Below are positions 56,944-64,000 of a stretch of DNA of 64,000 nucleotides, one piece after another. Source of the stretch: Planctomycetota bacterium (GTDB taxonomy: Bacteria > Planctomycetota > MHYJ01 > WSZJ01). The DNA is taken from positions 28,549-92,548 of the forward strand of contig JBBTCT010000014.1 in NCBI GenBank assembly GCA_038060895.1, in the 5' to 3' direction. Under the pieces are notes generated by a model that ran no database searches, was not told the DNA's origin, and worked only from the letters and a program-made list of their open reading frames with translations. The position numbers and the translations under genes were made by a program. Each line of letters opens with the position of its first letter. Within the stretch, counting starts at the first letter, position 1.

Positions 56944-58119
56944 ATGACCGACCCCGTCACCCTCCTCAAAGCGCAGTACGCCTTCGCACGCGCGCTGGCC
57001 GAGTCAGGCTCGCTTGCCGAAGCGGCGCCGTCGATTCTGCGCGAAGTCTGCGGGGCGCTCGGGTGGGACGTTGGCGTGCTCTGGCGCGTGGACCCGGTGG
57101 ACCGCGTGCTGCGGTTCGTGGATTTCTGGTGCCGGCCGGATGTGCGCGCGGGCGATTTCGAACTGGAGTGCCGCGCGAGGACCTTCGAGCCGGGAGTCGG
57201 GCTGCCCGGGCGGGCCTGGCTGGACGTGCGTCCCTCCTGGATCAAGGACGTGAACGCCGATCCGAATTTTCCACGGGCTCCCTTTGTGCTGGAGCCCGGG
57301 CTGCACGCCGCGTTCGCCTTTCCCGTCCGGCTCAAGGACCAGGTGTTCGGCGTCCTCGAGTTCTTTCGAAGGGACGAAGCGGCGCCCGACGAAGAGCTTC
57401 TCAATTCCCTGGAGGCGATCGGGGGCCAGATCGGGCAGTACCACGTGCGGCGCAGGGCCGAGGCGGAACTCGCCGAAGCCCACGCCCGGCTCGCCCAGCA
57501 GAACGAGGCTCTCGAGGTCGCCAATCGCCGGCTCGCCGAGCTCGCGGTCACCGACCCCCTCACCGGCATCGCCAACCACCGGGCTTTCCGCCAGCGCCTC
57601 GACGCGTTCGTCTCCGAAGCCGCCCGGGGCCGCGGCTTCGCCCTCGTCATGGTCGACATCGATCACTTCAAGCGCGTCAACGACACCCACGGCCACCCCG
57701 CGGGCGACCAGGTCCTCCGCGGCGTCGCCGAGACGCTTCGCGACGGCATCCGCAAAACCGACTTCGCCGCGCGGTACGGCGGCGAAGAGTTCGCCGTCCT
57801 GCTCGCCGACGTCGAGGAAGACCAGGCCGCCGGAATTGCAGAGATTCTCCGCAAACGTGTCGGCGGCCTCGCCAGCCCCTTCGGCCGCGTCACCGCCAGT
57901 TTCGGCGTCGCCGTGGCGCGCATCGGGCGCAATTCAGCCGAAGCGCTGATCGCCGCGGCCGACGGAGCGCTTCTCAGGGCAAAGAAGCGCGGCCGGAACC
58001 GCGTCGAGCGCGCGGCGCCGCCGAAAGTAAAGCCGGCGATTACGGTTCGCAAGCGCGGCAGCCGTGCGAAGCGGTCGCCTGTCCGGAAGGCGACGTCACG
58101 GAAGCGGGGCGGGCGCTGA
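56944..58119 (+). CDS. GAF-domain diguanylate cyclase
   Basis: GAF G.GLPGRAW...AFAFPV, TDPLTG..N, DIDHFK.VND..GH..GD, I-site RKTD and RYGGEEF. Confidence 0.93.
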   Translation: MTDPVTLLKAQYAFARALAESGSLAEAAPSILREVCGALGWDVGVLWRVDPVDRVLRFVDFWCRPDVRAGDFELECRARTFEPGVGLPGRAWLDVRPSWIKDVNADPNFPRAPFVLEPGLHAAFAFPVRLKDQVFGVLEFFRRDEAAPDEELLNSLEAIGGQIGQYHVRRRAEAELAEAHARLAQQNEALEVANRRLAELAVTDPLTGIANHRAFRQRLDAFVSEAARGRGFALVMVDIDHFKRVNDTHGHPAGDQVLRGVAETLRDGIRKTDFAARYGGEEFAVLLADVEEDQAAGIAEILRKRVGGLASPFGRVTASFGVAVARIGRNSAEALIAAADGALLRAKKRGRNRVERAAPPKVKPAITVRKRGSRAKRSPVRKATSRKRGGR

Positions 58120-58165
58120 GGATTCCCTCCGCCGCCCGCAGGAATCTGTTACCCTTCGCCGCCCG

Positions 58166-59533
58166 ATGATGCATTTCAAAGACCTCCATCTGATTCAGCC
58201 GCTCCTCGACGCCGTCGCGCAGGAGGGGTACCAGCACCCGACGCCGATCCAGGAAAAGGCGATCCCGGTCCTGCTTTCCGGGAAGGACGTGCTGGGGTGC
58301 GCCCAAACGGGGTCCGGGAAAACGGCGGCATTTGCGCTTCCCATTCTCCAGAAGCTGGCCGCGGAGCCGATGACGGGGAAGCGCGACGTGCGAGCGCTGA
58401 TCCTGGCTCCGACGCGGGAGCTGGTCGCGCAGATCGGCGACAGCTTCACGGCTTACGGCCGGAACACTTCCATCATCACGACCACCATCTATGGCGGCAT
58501 CGCCCAGGGACCGCAGTCGCGCGCGGTGCGCGCCGGGCTGGACGTGATCGTCGCGACGCCCGGGCGGCTGCTCGACCTGATGGGACAGGCGGTCGTGACG
58601 CTCAGCTCGGTGCGCTTCCTCGTGCTCGACGAAGCGGACCGGATGATGGACATGGGCTTCCTCCCCGACCTGTACCGCATCGTGCGCCGCGTGCCGCTGG
58701 TGCGGCAGACGATGCTCTTCTCGGCGACGCTTCCCCACGAGATCGTCAGCCTGGCGAAGGAAATCCTGCACGAGCCGGTGCGGGTGGACGTGGCGCCGAG
58801 TTCGACGACGGTCGAGACCGTGCGGCAGGTGGTCTACCACGTGAGCCGGGAGGGCAAGAAGGCGTTGATCAGCCGGCTGGTGCAGTCGGCGGACGTGAAG
58901 CGTGCGCTGGTGTTCACGCGGACGAAGATTGGTGCGAACGAGGTGGTTGCGGCGCTGAACTACACGCCGGTGCGTGCGGACGTGATGCACGCGGACCGGG
59001 GGCAGAGCGCGCGCGAGAAGACGCTGGAGCAGTTCAAGCTGGGAGTGACGCGGGTGCTCGTCGCGACGGACATCGCGAGCCGCGGGCTCGACGTGGACGG
59101 GATCACGCACGTCTTCAACTACGACGTTCCCGACGAGCCGGAATCGTACGTGCACCGGATCGGACGGACGGCGCGGGCGGGGGCGCACGGCATGGCGATC
59201 ACGCTGTGCTCGCGCGAGGAAGAGCGGAAGTGGGCGGCGATCGAGCATGCGATCCGGATGAAGATTCCGGAGGGGGAGAAGCCGGGGAAGGCGGGCGGGC
59301 ATGCGGGCGGGCGGGCGGGCGGGCACGCCGGCGGACACGCGCCTGCGCCCCACGCCCCGGCGCATGCCCCCGTACACGCACCTGCGCCGCCCCATCCCCA
59401 CACGCCTGTACCTGCCCCGCCGCCCGCGCCCGAGCCGACGCACGATGTCCGCCACGGGATGGCCATGCCGCCGCCTGAGGAAGGCGCGAGAAAAGTCAGC
59501 CGGCTGCGCCAGAGACATCCGCGGCGACGGTAG
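58166..59533 (+). CDS. rhlE: DEAD-box RNA helicase (RhlE-like)
   Basis: Q motif PTPIQ, AQTGSGKT, PTREL, TPGRL, DEAD, SAT, SRGLD and HRIGRTAR, with a His/Pro-rich tail. Confidence 0.88.
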   Translation: MMHFKDLHLIQPLLDAVAQEGYQHPTPIQEKAIPVLLSGKDVLGCAQTGSGKTAAFALPILQKLAAEPMTGKRDVRALILAPTRELVAQIGDSFTAYGRNTSIITTTIYGGIAQGPQSRAVRAGLDVIVATPGRLLDLMGQAVVTLSSVRFLVLDEADRMMDMGFLPDLYRIVRRVPLVRQTMLFSATLPHEIVSLAKEILHEPVRVDVAPSSTTVETVRQVVYHVSREGKKALISRLVQSADVKRALVFTRTKIGANEVVAALNYTPVRADVMHADRGQSAREKTLEQFKLGVTRVLVATDIASRGLDVDGITHVFNYDVPDEPESYVHRIGRTARAGAHGMAITLCSREEERKWAAIEHAIRMKIPEGEKPGKAGGHAGGRAGGHAGGHAPAPHAPAHAPVHAPAPPHPHTPVPAPPPAPEPTHDVRHGMAMPPPEEGARKVSRLRQRHPRRR

Positions 59534-59569
59534 TCGAAGCGCGAAGGGCCACGAGGGAACGGACCTCTC

Positions 59570-59953
59570 TCAGCGATGCGGGCCTGCCGCGGACGTCTCG
59601 ATCAAGTCGGCGAGGAGCGACCGGTGGCAGCGCGCCGGGTCGTCGCAAGCCGATGAGCAGAGAAGCGTGATCGTCTTCCCCGCAGTGTGGCGCTTTGCGA
59701 GCACTTCAATCCCGATCCACTGCGACTTCATTTCGGCGAGGTACCGCGCGCGGTACTCCTCCCACCCGATGGCGTCGCCGGCCTTGCCGTAGAACGCCGC
59801 GTGCAGTTCGCGGCTCGGCCCCAGGCGCGGCCACCATTCGTCCCAGGTCTCGTCGGCGGCCGAGACGCCGCGTGGGCGAAAGCGGCAGATGAGCAGCCGG
59901 AAGCCATCGCCCGGCCCGCGCGGGTCGTTCCAGCGGCGCGTGAGGAGGGGCAT
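59570..59953 (-). CDS. DUF488 family protein
   Basis: DG.R.LI.R..PRGV, DEW...LGPS.EL, RY.AEM, ITLLC and CHR. Confidence 0.85.
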   Translation of the reverse strand: MPLLTRRWNDPRGPGDGFRLLICRFRPRGVSAADETWDEWWPRLGPSRELHAAFYGKAGDAIGWEEYRARYLAEMKSQWIGIEVLAKRHTAGKTITLLCSSACDDPARCHRSLLADLIETSAAGPHR

Positions 59954-59960
59954 CAATAGA

Positions 59961-59992
59961 AAGGAGCCCCGGGACAGCTTCCCGGGGCTCCT
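59961..59992 (-). terminator. Rho-independent terminator after the DUF1579 gene
   Basis: AGGAGCCCCGGGA-cagct-TCCCGGGGCTCCT followed by TTCT on the minus strand. Confidence 0.7.
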
Positions 59993-60006
59993 GGTCCGTT
60001 CGCGCC

Positions 60007-60597
60007 TTACTTCTTCCGCGTGTAGGTGAGTTCCATGAACTTCACTTCCTTGTCCCCGAGCTTCAGGAACATCTCGAAGACGAAGGAGTCATCGCCCTTG
60101 TGCGTGTGCACCCAGCGCGACTCGATCTCGCCGCCCGACGACGGGTCCGACATCTTGCCGGTGAACTCGATCGTTTTCCCCGCGTCCTTGCTGGTGCCGG
60201 TGAGCCAGACCGCGCCCGTGCTCATGCTGTCGATCCAGTGCGCCGTGTATTTCTTCGACACCCGGTCGAAGCCGATAATCTCCAGGCCGGTGAAGGTCGT
60301 GCCCTCCATCTCGCCCTTGTAGTCCTGCTGGACGTAGCGGCCGTCGAAGATGACCTTGAACTCCGCCGAGCCCTTGGAGTCGGTCGCCTTGCCCTCCATG
60401 TCGTAGAACTTCGAAGCGACGTCCCACTTGCCTGCCAGCTTCGCGAGGGCCGCGTGCTCGGGACCAGGCTTCATGGGGTCATCCGCGGCCGCATCGCCGC
60501 CCTTGTCGCTTCCTTCATCCTCGGAGAACAGGGGCAGGGCAAGGACGGTGAACAGCATGGCGGTAGCGGCGATGCCGGTCAGGAACTTCGACTTCAT
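60007..60597 (-). CDS. DUF1579 domain secreted protein
   Basis: Signal peptide, PGPEH..L..LAG.W, GFD...KKY...WIDSM.T and ME.TYTR. AAGGAG SD. Confidence 0.85.
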   Translation of the reverse strand: MKSKFLTGIAATAMLFTVLALPLFSEDEGSDKGGDAAADDPMKPGPEHAALAKLAGKWDVASKFYDMEGKATDSKGSAEFKVIFDGRYVQQDYKGEMEGTTFTGLEIIGFDRVSKKYTAHWIDSMSTGAVWLTGTSKDAGKTIEFTGKMSDPSSGGEIESRWVHTHKGDDSFVFEMFLKLGDKEVKFMELTYTRKK

Positions 60598-60696
60598 GGT
60601 CGGTCTCCTTCGAAAAGGTGTTTGTTTCGTGACGTGTGAGGGGAAGGAGGCTAAGCGCGGGGAAGTGTGTCGCGCAAGCGGGATTCGGCGCGGGCA

Positions 60697-61944
60697 CTAC
60701 CGGAATTCCATCGCCGTGTAGCTCACGACCTCGTGGTTTTCCGTGTCCGCGAAGCGGTCGTATTTGACCAGAGAGCCCTTTTTCGCATCCGTGGCCGCCA
60801 GCAGCGTCGTGATGGCCGAGAGGCCGCAGACCTTGCGCCAGTCCTTCACGTCGCTCACCGATTTGAACCAACCTCTCGCATCGACGGCGGCGGCGTGCCC
60901 GAGGGAGGCGAGGTCTTCCTCCTCGATCTTCTTCAGCAGCTCAGGAGTCACGGGGTCCTTGTCGCCGAACTTGGCGCCGACGTGCGAGAGGTCCACGGCG
61001 CCGATGAGGACGCAGGGGCCGCGCTTCTCCATCGTTTGACGCAGCGCGTCAACGAAGCCCGCGACCTGCGGGTCCGAAAGAGGATCCGTCCGCTTGAAGA
61101 CGTGCTCGTGCATCGAGCTGACGAGGACCGGGACGATCTTGAAGGGCTTGTCTCGAAAGAGCCATCTCAGGAGCAGCGCCTGGAATTCAATCGAGTGCTC
61201 GTCGCGGTGATAAATCTCGTCGGCGAACAGGTCGCCGCCCTTCCAGCGCGAGGCGAGCTCGTCCACGAACTCCGTGTCCACAGGCGCGGCGCCGAGCGGC
61301 GTGTCGTAGTTCTTCTTCGTCGCGGTGTAGAGGGTGTGCGGCGACTTGTGCGCGACGCCGAGGATCACGAACGTGTCCGCGGCGCAGCCGTTCGCGAGCG
61401 CTCCGTACGCGTGCGCGTAGCAGGGGCCTCCCCGGTGAAGGTCGATGTGCGGGGCGAGGATCGCCCGGACCGGGCCTTTCTTCACGGACTTCGGCGGCGC
61501 CTTCCCGGGTCCCCGCTCATGCGAAAAAAAAGACTCGAGATAGCCCGGAATCGCTTCCGGCCCGCCTCCGCTCGGCGGAATGTACGCCCCCTGGCTCCAC
61601 GCCGGCCGTGCCGGCGCCGCGCGGAACTCATCGACGATCTTCTTCTTCCGCGCCTCGAACGCTTCTCCCTCGAGAAATCCCTTGGCGTCGAGGTCCCTGA
61701 TGAGCCCCCGGATGTCCTCTTCCGGGACCTCGCGTCCGGTCGCCCGCCGGAATTCCTCCTGCATGTCGGCCGGGGCGTGCTTCCCGTCGAACATCTGGAG
61801 CAGGAACGCCCCGTAGAGAGTGACCGGGTAAGCGCCTTCCGCGAATCCCATCGGGTCCGTCAGGATCAGGAACTTCTGCCCCTTGTGCTCGTGGGCCTGG
61901 GGCTCCACGTAGCGCAGAAGCGGGCGGTCGGGTAACGGACACAT
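60697..61944 (-). CDS. amrB: AmmeMemoRadiSam system protein B (MEMO1 family) with N-terminal extension
   Basis: APHID..RG...Y, LGVAH, TPLG, EHSIEFQ, DLSHVG, VCG and VSY. Confidence 0.85.
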   Translation of the reverse strand: MCPLPDRPLLRYVEPQAHEHKGQKFLILTDPMGFAEGAYPVTLYGAFLLQMFDGKHAPADMQEEFRRATGREVPEEDIRGLIRDLDAKGFLEGEAFEARKKKIVDEFRAAPARPAWSQGAYIPPSGGGPEAIPGYLESFFSHERGPGKAPPKSVKKGPVRAILAPHIDLHRGGPCYAHAYGALANGCAADTFVILGVAHKSPHTLYTATKKNYDTPLGAAPVDTEFVDELASRWKGGDLFADEIYHRDEHSIEFQALLLRWLFRDKPFKIVPVLVSSMHEHVFKRTDPLSDPQVAGFVDALRQTMEKRGPCVLIGAVDLSHVGAKFGDKDPVTPELLKKIEEEDLASLGHAAAVDARGWFKSVSDVKDWRKVCGLSAITTLLAATDAKKGSLVKYDRFADTENHEVVSYTAMEFR

Positions 61945-61983
61945 GCCTGGATTGTACCGGGCGCGTCCGCCGCTGAGCCGGCA

Positions 61984-62103
61984 GTATGGAGTATTGAGTG
62001 TTGAGGAGTGAGTAGCCGGGAGTTCACCTGACCGGCGCGCAGGCTTGAGCCGGTCGTGCTCTGTTCAGACTCCAAACTCCTTCCTACTCAACCCTCAACA
62101 CTC
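61984..62103. repeat. Heptamer-periodic inverted repeat in the divergent amrB/rluB spacer
   Basis: GAGTGTTGAGGAGTGAGTAG (61996-62015) pairs with CTACTCAACCCTCAACACTC (62084-62103), enclosing an inner GACCGGC/GCCGGTC stem. Confidence 0.65.
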
Positions 62104-62172
62104 CCCCCTATCAACTTGTCCACGCATCGCTATAATCCCCCCCCCCTTCCCCGCCACCCCAAAGGACCAACA

Positions 62173-64000
62173 ATGCAGACGCGCCTCCAGAAACTCCTCG
62201 CTCACGCCGGCATCGCTTCCAGACGCGAATGCGAGGAAATCGTCGCCGCCGGGCGCGTCACGGTGAACGGCAAGGTCGTGACGGAACTCGGGTCCAAGGC
62301 TGACCCGGACGTCGACGACGTGCGCTGCGACGGGGAGCCCGTGAAACCGGAGAAGACGGTTTACTTCCTGCTCAACAAGCCCTCAGGAGTTCTCTGCACG
62401 AACGAGAAGTCCTTCGGGCACACGCGCGTCATTGACCTGTTCCCCTCGATCTCGCAGCGCCTCTACACGGTCGGCCGGCTCGACGCCGAGGCAACCGGAC
62501 TCCTGATCGTCACCAATGACGGAGAACTCGCCAACCGCATCGCGCATCCGCGGTATGAAGTCGAAAAAACTTATGCGGTTGCGGTGAAGGGCTGGCTCGA
62601 GGGGCCGGCTCTGGAGAAGATCCAGAAGGGCGTCTGGCTTTCCGAGGGAAAGACGGGACGCGCCAAGGTGCGGATCCTCAAGCGCACGCGGCAGATGACC
62701 ACGCTCGAAATCTCGATTCACGAGGGTCAGAACCGCGAAGTCCGCCGCCTGTTCGCGAAGGTCGGGCACTCCGTCGTCGCCCTTCGCCGAATCCAGGTTG
62801 GCGGACTCGTCCTCGGCAAGATCCACGAGGGACAGTGGATCCCGATCGACCGGGAGACGCTTCTGAAGAAGATCGGCATCGATCCGGCCACGCTGGAGCC
62901 GGAAGCGATTGCGGCGTTTGAGGCGAGGCCCGTGAAGAAAAAGAAGTTCGAGGCGGTGGAGCCGGAGGTCGAAGCCGAAGTGGAAGAGGACGAGGTCGTG
63001 GAGGAAGCGCCGGCTGAGGAGAAGCCTGCGGCGAAGGGGAAAGGCAAGGCGAAGCCGAAGGTGGAGGAAGAGGTCGAAGTCGAGGCGAAGAAGGAGCCGG
63101 GCGAGGAGGAAGAGCCGAGCGACGACGAGCTCGAGGAGATGCTGGAGGAGTCCGGCGAGTTTGACGATGACGACGAGGACGACGACGGAGAAGACGAGGA
63201 TGAGGTTGAAGAGGTTGAGGGAGCCGGGGCGGGGAGTGGCGCGCCGAAGCAGGGAGGCGCATGGAAGCCGCCTCCGGCGACGGATCGCGGAGCGGGCCGG
63301 AGCGCGCCGCGCGTGGCGTCGGGTGGCGATCGCGGCTTCCGTCGTGACGACCGGGCCAGCGGGCCGGCGGGTGCCCGTCCGTGGAGCGGCTCTTCGCGCG
63401 ACGCGAGCGGTGTCGGCAACTGGAAGGGCGACCGGAGTGGTCGTGGTCGCGGGCCGCAGGGGGTAGGGGACGCGCCGGCAGAGGGCGGCGGCGGCCGTGG
63501 GGGGAGCGGCGGGTATCGCGGGAATCGCGAAGCGGCGGGCGGCGCGCAGGGTGGACGGCCGTGGAGCGGGCCGAAGCGCGAGGGTGCGGGTGGTGCCAAG
63601 CCGTGGAGTGGCCCGAGACGCGAGGGCAGCGGAGGCGGCGACCGTCCGTGGAGTGGCCCGAAGCGGGAGGGGTCCGGCGGAGCGAAGCCGTGGAGTGGAC
63701 CGAGGCGTGAGGGCGGCGGTGACCGCCCATGGAGCGGCCCGAGACGCGAAGGCAGCGGAGGCGGCGACCGGCCGTGGAGCGGGCCGAGGCGCGAGGGCGG
63801 TGGCGACAGGCCGTGGAGCGGCCCGAAGCGAGAGGGATCGGGAGGAGCGAAGCCGTGGAGCGGGCCGAGGCGCGAGGGTGGTGGCGACAGACCGTGGAGC
63901 GGGCCGAGGCGCGAAGGATCGGGAGAAGCGAAGCCATGGAGTGGCCCGAGGCGCGAGGGTGGTGGCGACAGACCGTGGAGCGGGCCGAGGCGCGAAGGAT
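62173..64000 (+). CDS. rluB: rRNA pseudouridine synthase (RluB/RsuA family) with long disordered tail; runs off window
   Basis: Not in the ORF track. Manual translation gives MQTRLQKLLAHAGIASRRECEE..AGRVTVNG (S4), LNKPSG, VGRLD, GLLIVTNDG and EGQNREVRR. TATAAT at 62131 and AAGGA SD. Confidence 0.9.
   Translation, partial: MQTRLQKLLAHAGIASRRECEEIVAAGRVTVNGKVVTELGSKADPDVDDVRCDGEPVKPEKTVYFLLNKPSGVLCTNEKSFGHTRVIDLFPSISQRLYTVGRLDAEATGLLIVTNDGELANRIAHPRYEVEKTYAVAVKGWLEGPALEKIQKGVWLSEGKTGRAKVRILKRTRQMTTLEISIHEGQNREVRRLFAKVGHSVVALRRIQVGGLVLGKIHEGQWIPIDRETLLKKIGIDPATLEPEAIAAFEARPVKKKKFEAVEPEVEAEVEEDEVVEEAPAEEKPAAKGKGKAKPKVEEEVEVEAKKEPGEEEEPSDDELEEMLEESGEFDDDDEDDDGEDEDEVEEVEGAGAGSGAPKQGGAWKPPPATDRGAGRSAPRVASGGDRGFRRDDRASGPAGARPWSGSSRDASGVGNWKGDRSGRGRGPQGVGDAPAEGGGGRGGSGGYRGNREAAGGAQGGRPWSGPKREGAGGAKPWSGPRREGSGGGDRPWSGPKREGSGGAKPWSGPRREGGGDRPWSGPRREGSGGGDRPWSGPRREGGGDRPWSGPKREGSGGAKPWSGPRREGGGDRPWSGPRREGSGEAKPWSGPRREGGGDRPWSGPRREG
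63559..64000 (+). repeat. Coding tandem repeat PWSGP(K/R)REG(S)GG, at least 11 copies of 39-45 nt
   Basis: CC(G/A)TGGAG(C/T)GG recurs in frame at 63559, 63601, 63646, 63688, 63727, 63772, 63811, 63853, 63892, 63934 and 63973. Confidence 0.9.

Noticed and set aside
62137-62146. C10 homopolymer right after TATAAT as a phase-variation tract
   Set aside because: It lies downstream of the -10 box before a housekeeping gene, and a single sequence gives no evidence of length variation.
63559-64000. Regularly spaced repeats resembling a CRISPR array
   Set aside because: Unit lengths are multiples of 3, variation is mostly synonymous, the 'spacers' are themselves repetitive, and the array is in frame within rluB. 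No cas genes are present.

Overview
This is a high-GC bacterial chromosomal window with about 55 coding regions. The gene content (membrane-tethered ECF sigma fusions, DUF1570/DUF1579-like proteins, tandem Ser/Thr kinases) suggests a Planctomycetota-like host; this is an inference. I saw no rRNA, tRNA, CRISPR array, transposase or prophage. Routine content: a TetR-ABC-HlyD-TolC efflux operon, hom-thrB-thrC, an RlmI-like methyltransferase, HtrA and S41 proteases, FKBP, an Old Yellow Enzyme, queC, hutU, a GAF-GGDEF protein, RhlE, a MEMO1/AmrB protein and RluB. Main highlights: (1) an unannotated 56-aa Pup/UBact-like gene ending in GGE, directly upstream of a PafA/Dop-family enzyme that carries inserted hydrophobic segments, with no proteasome genes nearby; (2) two ORF pairs split by in-frame UGA and followed by SECIS-like hairpins, namely a secreted FG-GAP/VCBS protein (G-U-C) and an AhpD-like CxxU protein; (3) three paralogous ECF sigma-TM-extracytoplasmic fusions around those two genes; (4) a SAM-I riboswitch over hom-thrB-thrC; (5) a widespread leaderless -10/start-codon layout; (6) a sigma54-type promoter upstream of a matrixin operon; (7) several small palindromic repeat families. 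All calls come from reading motifs by eye; no database searches were run.
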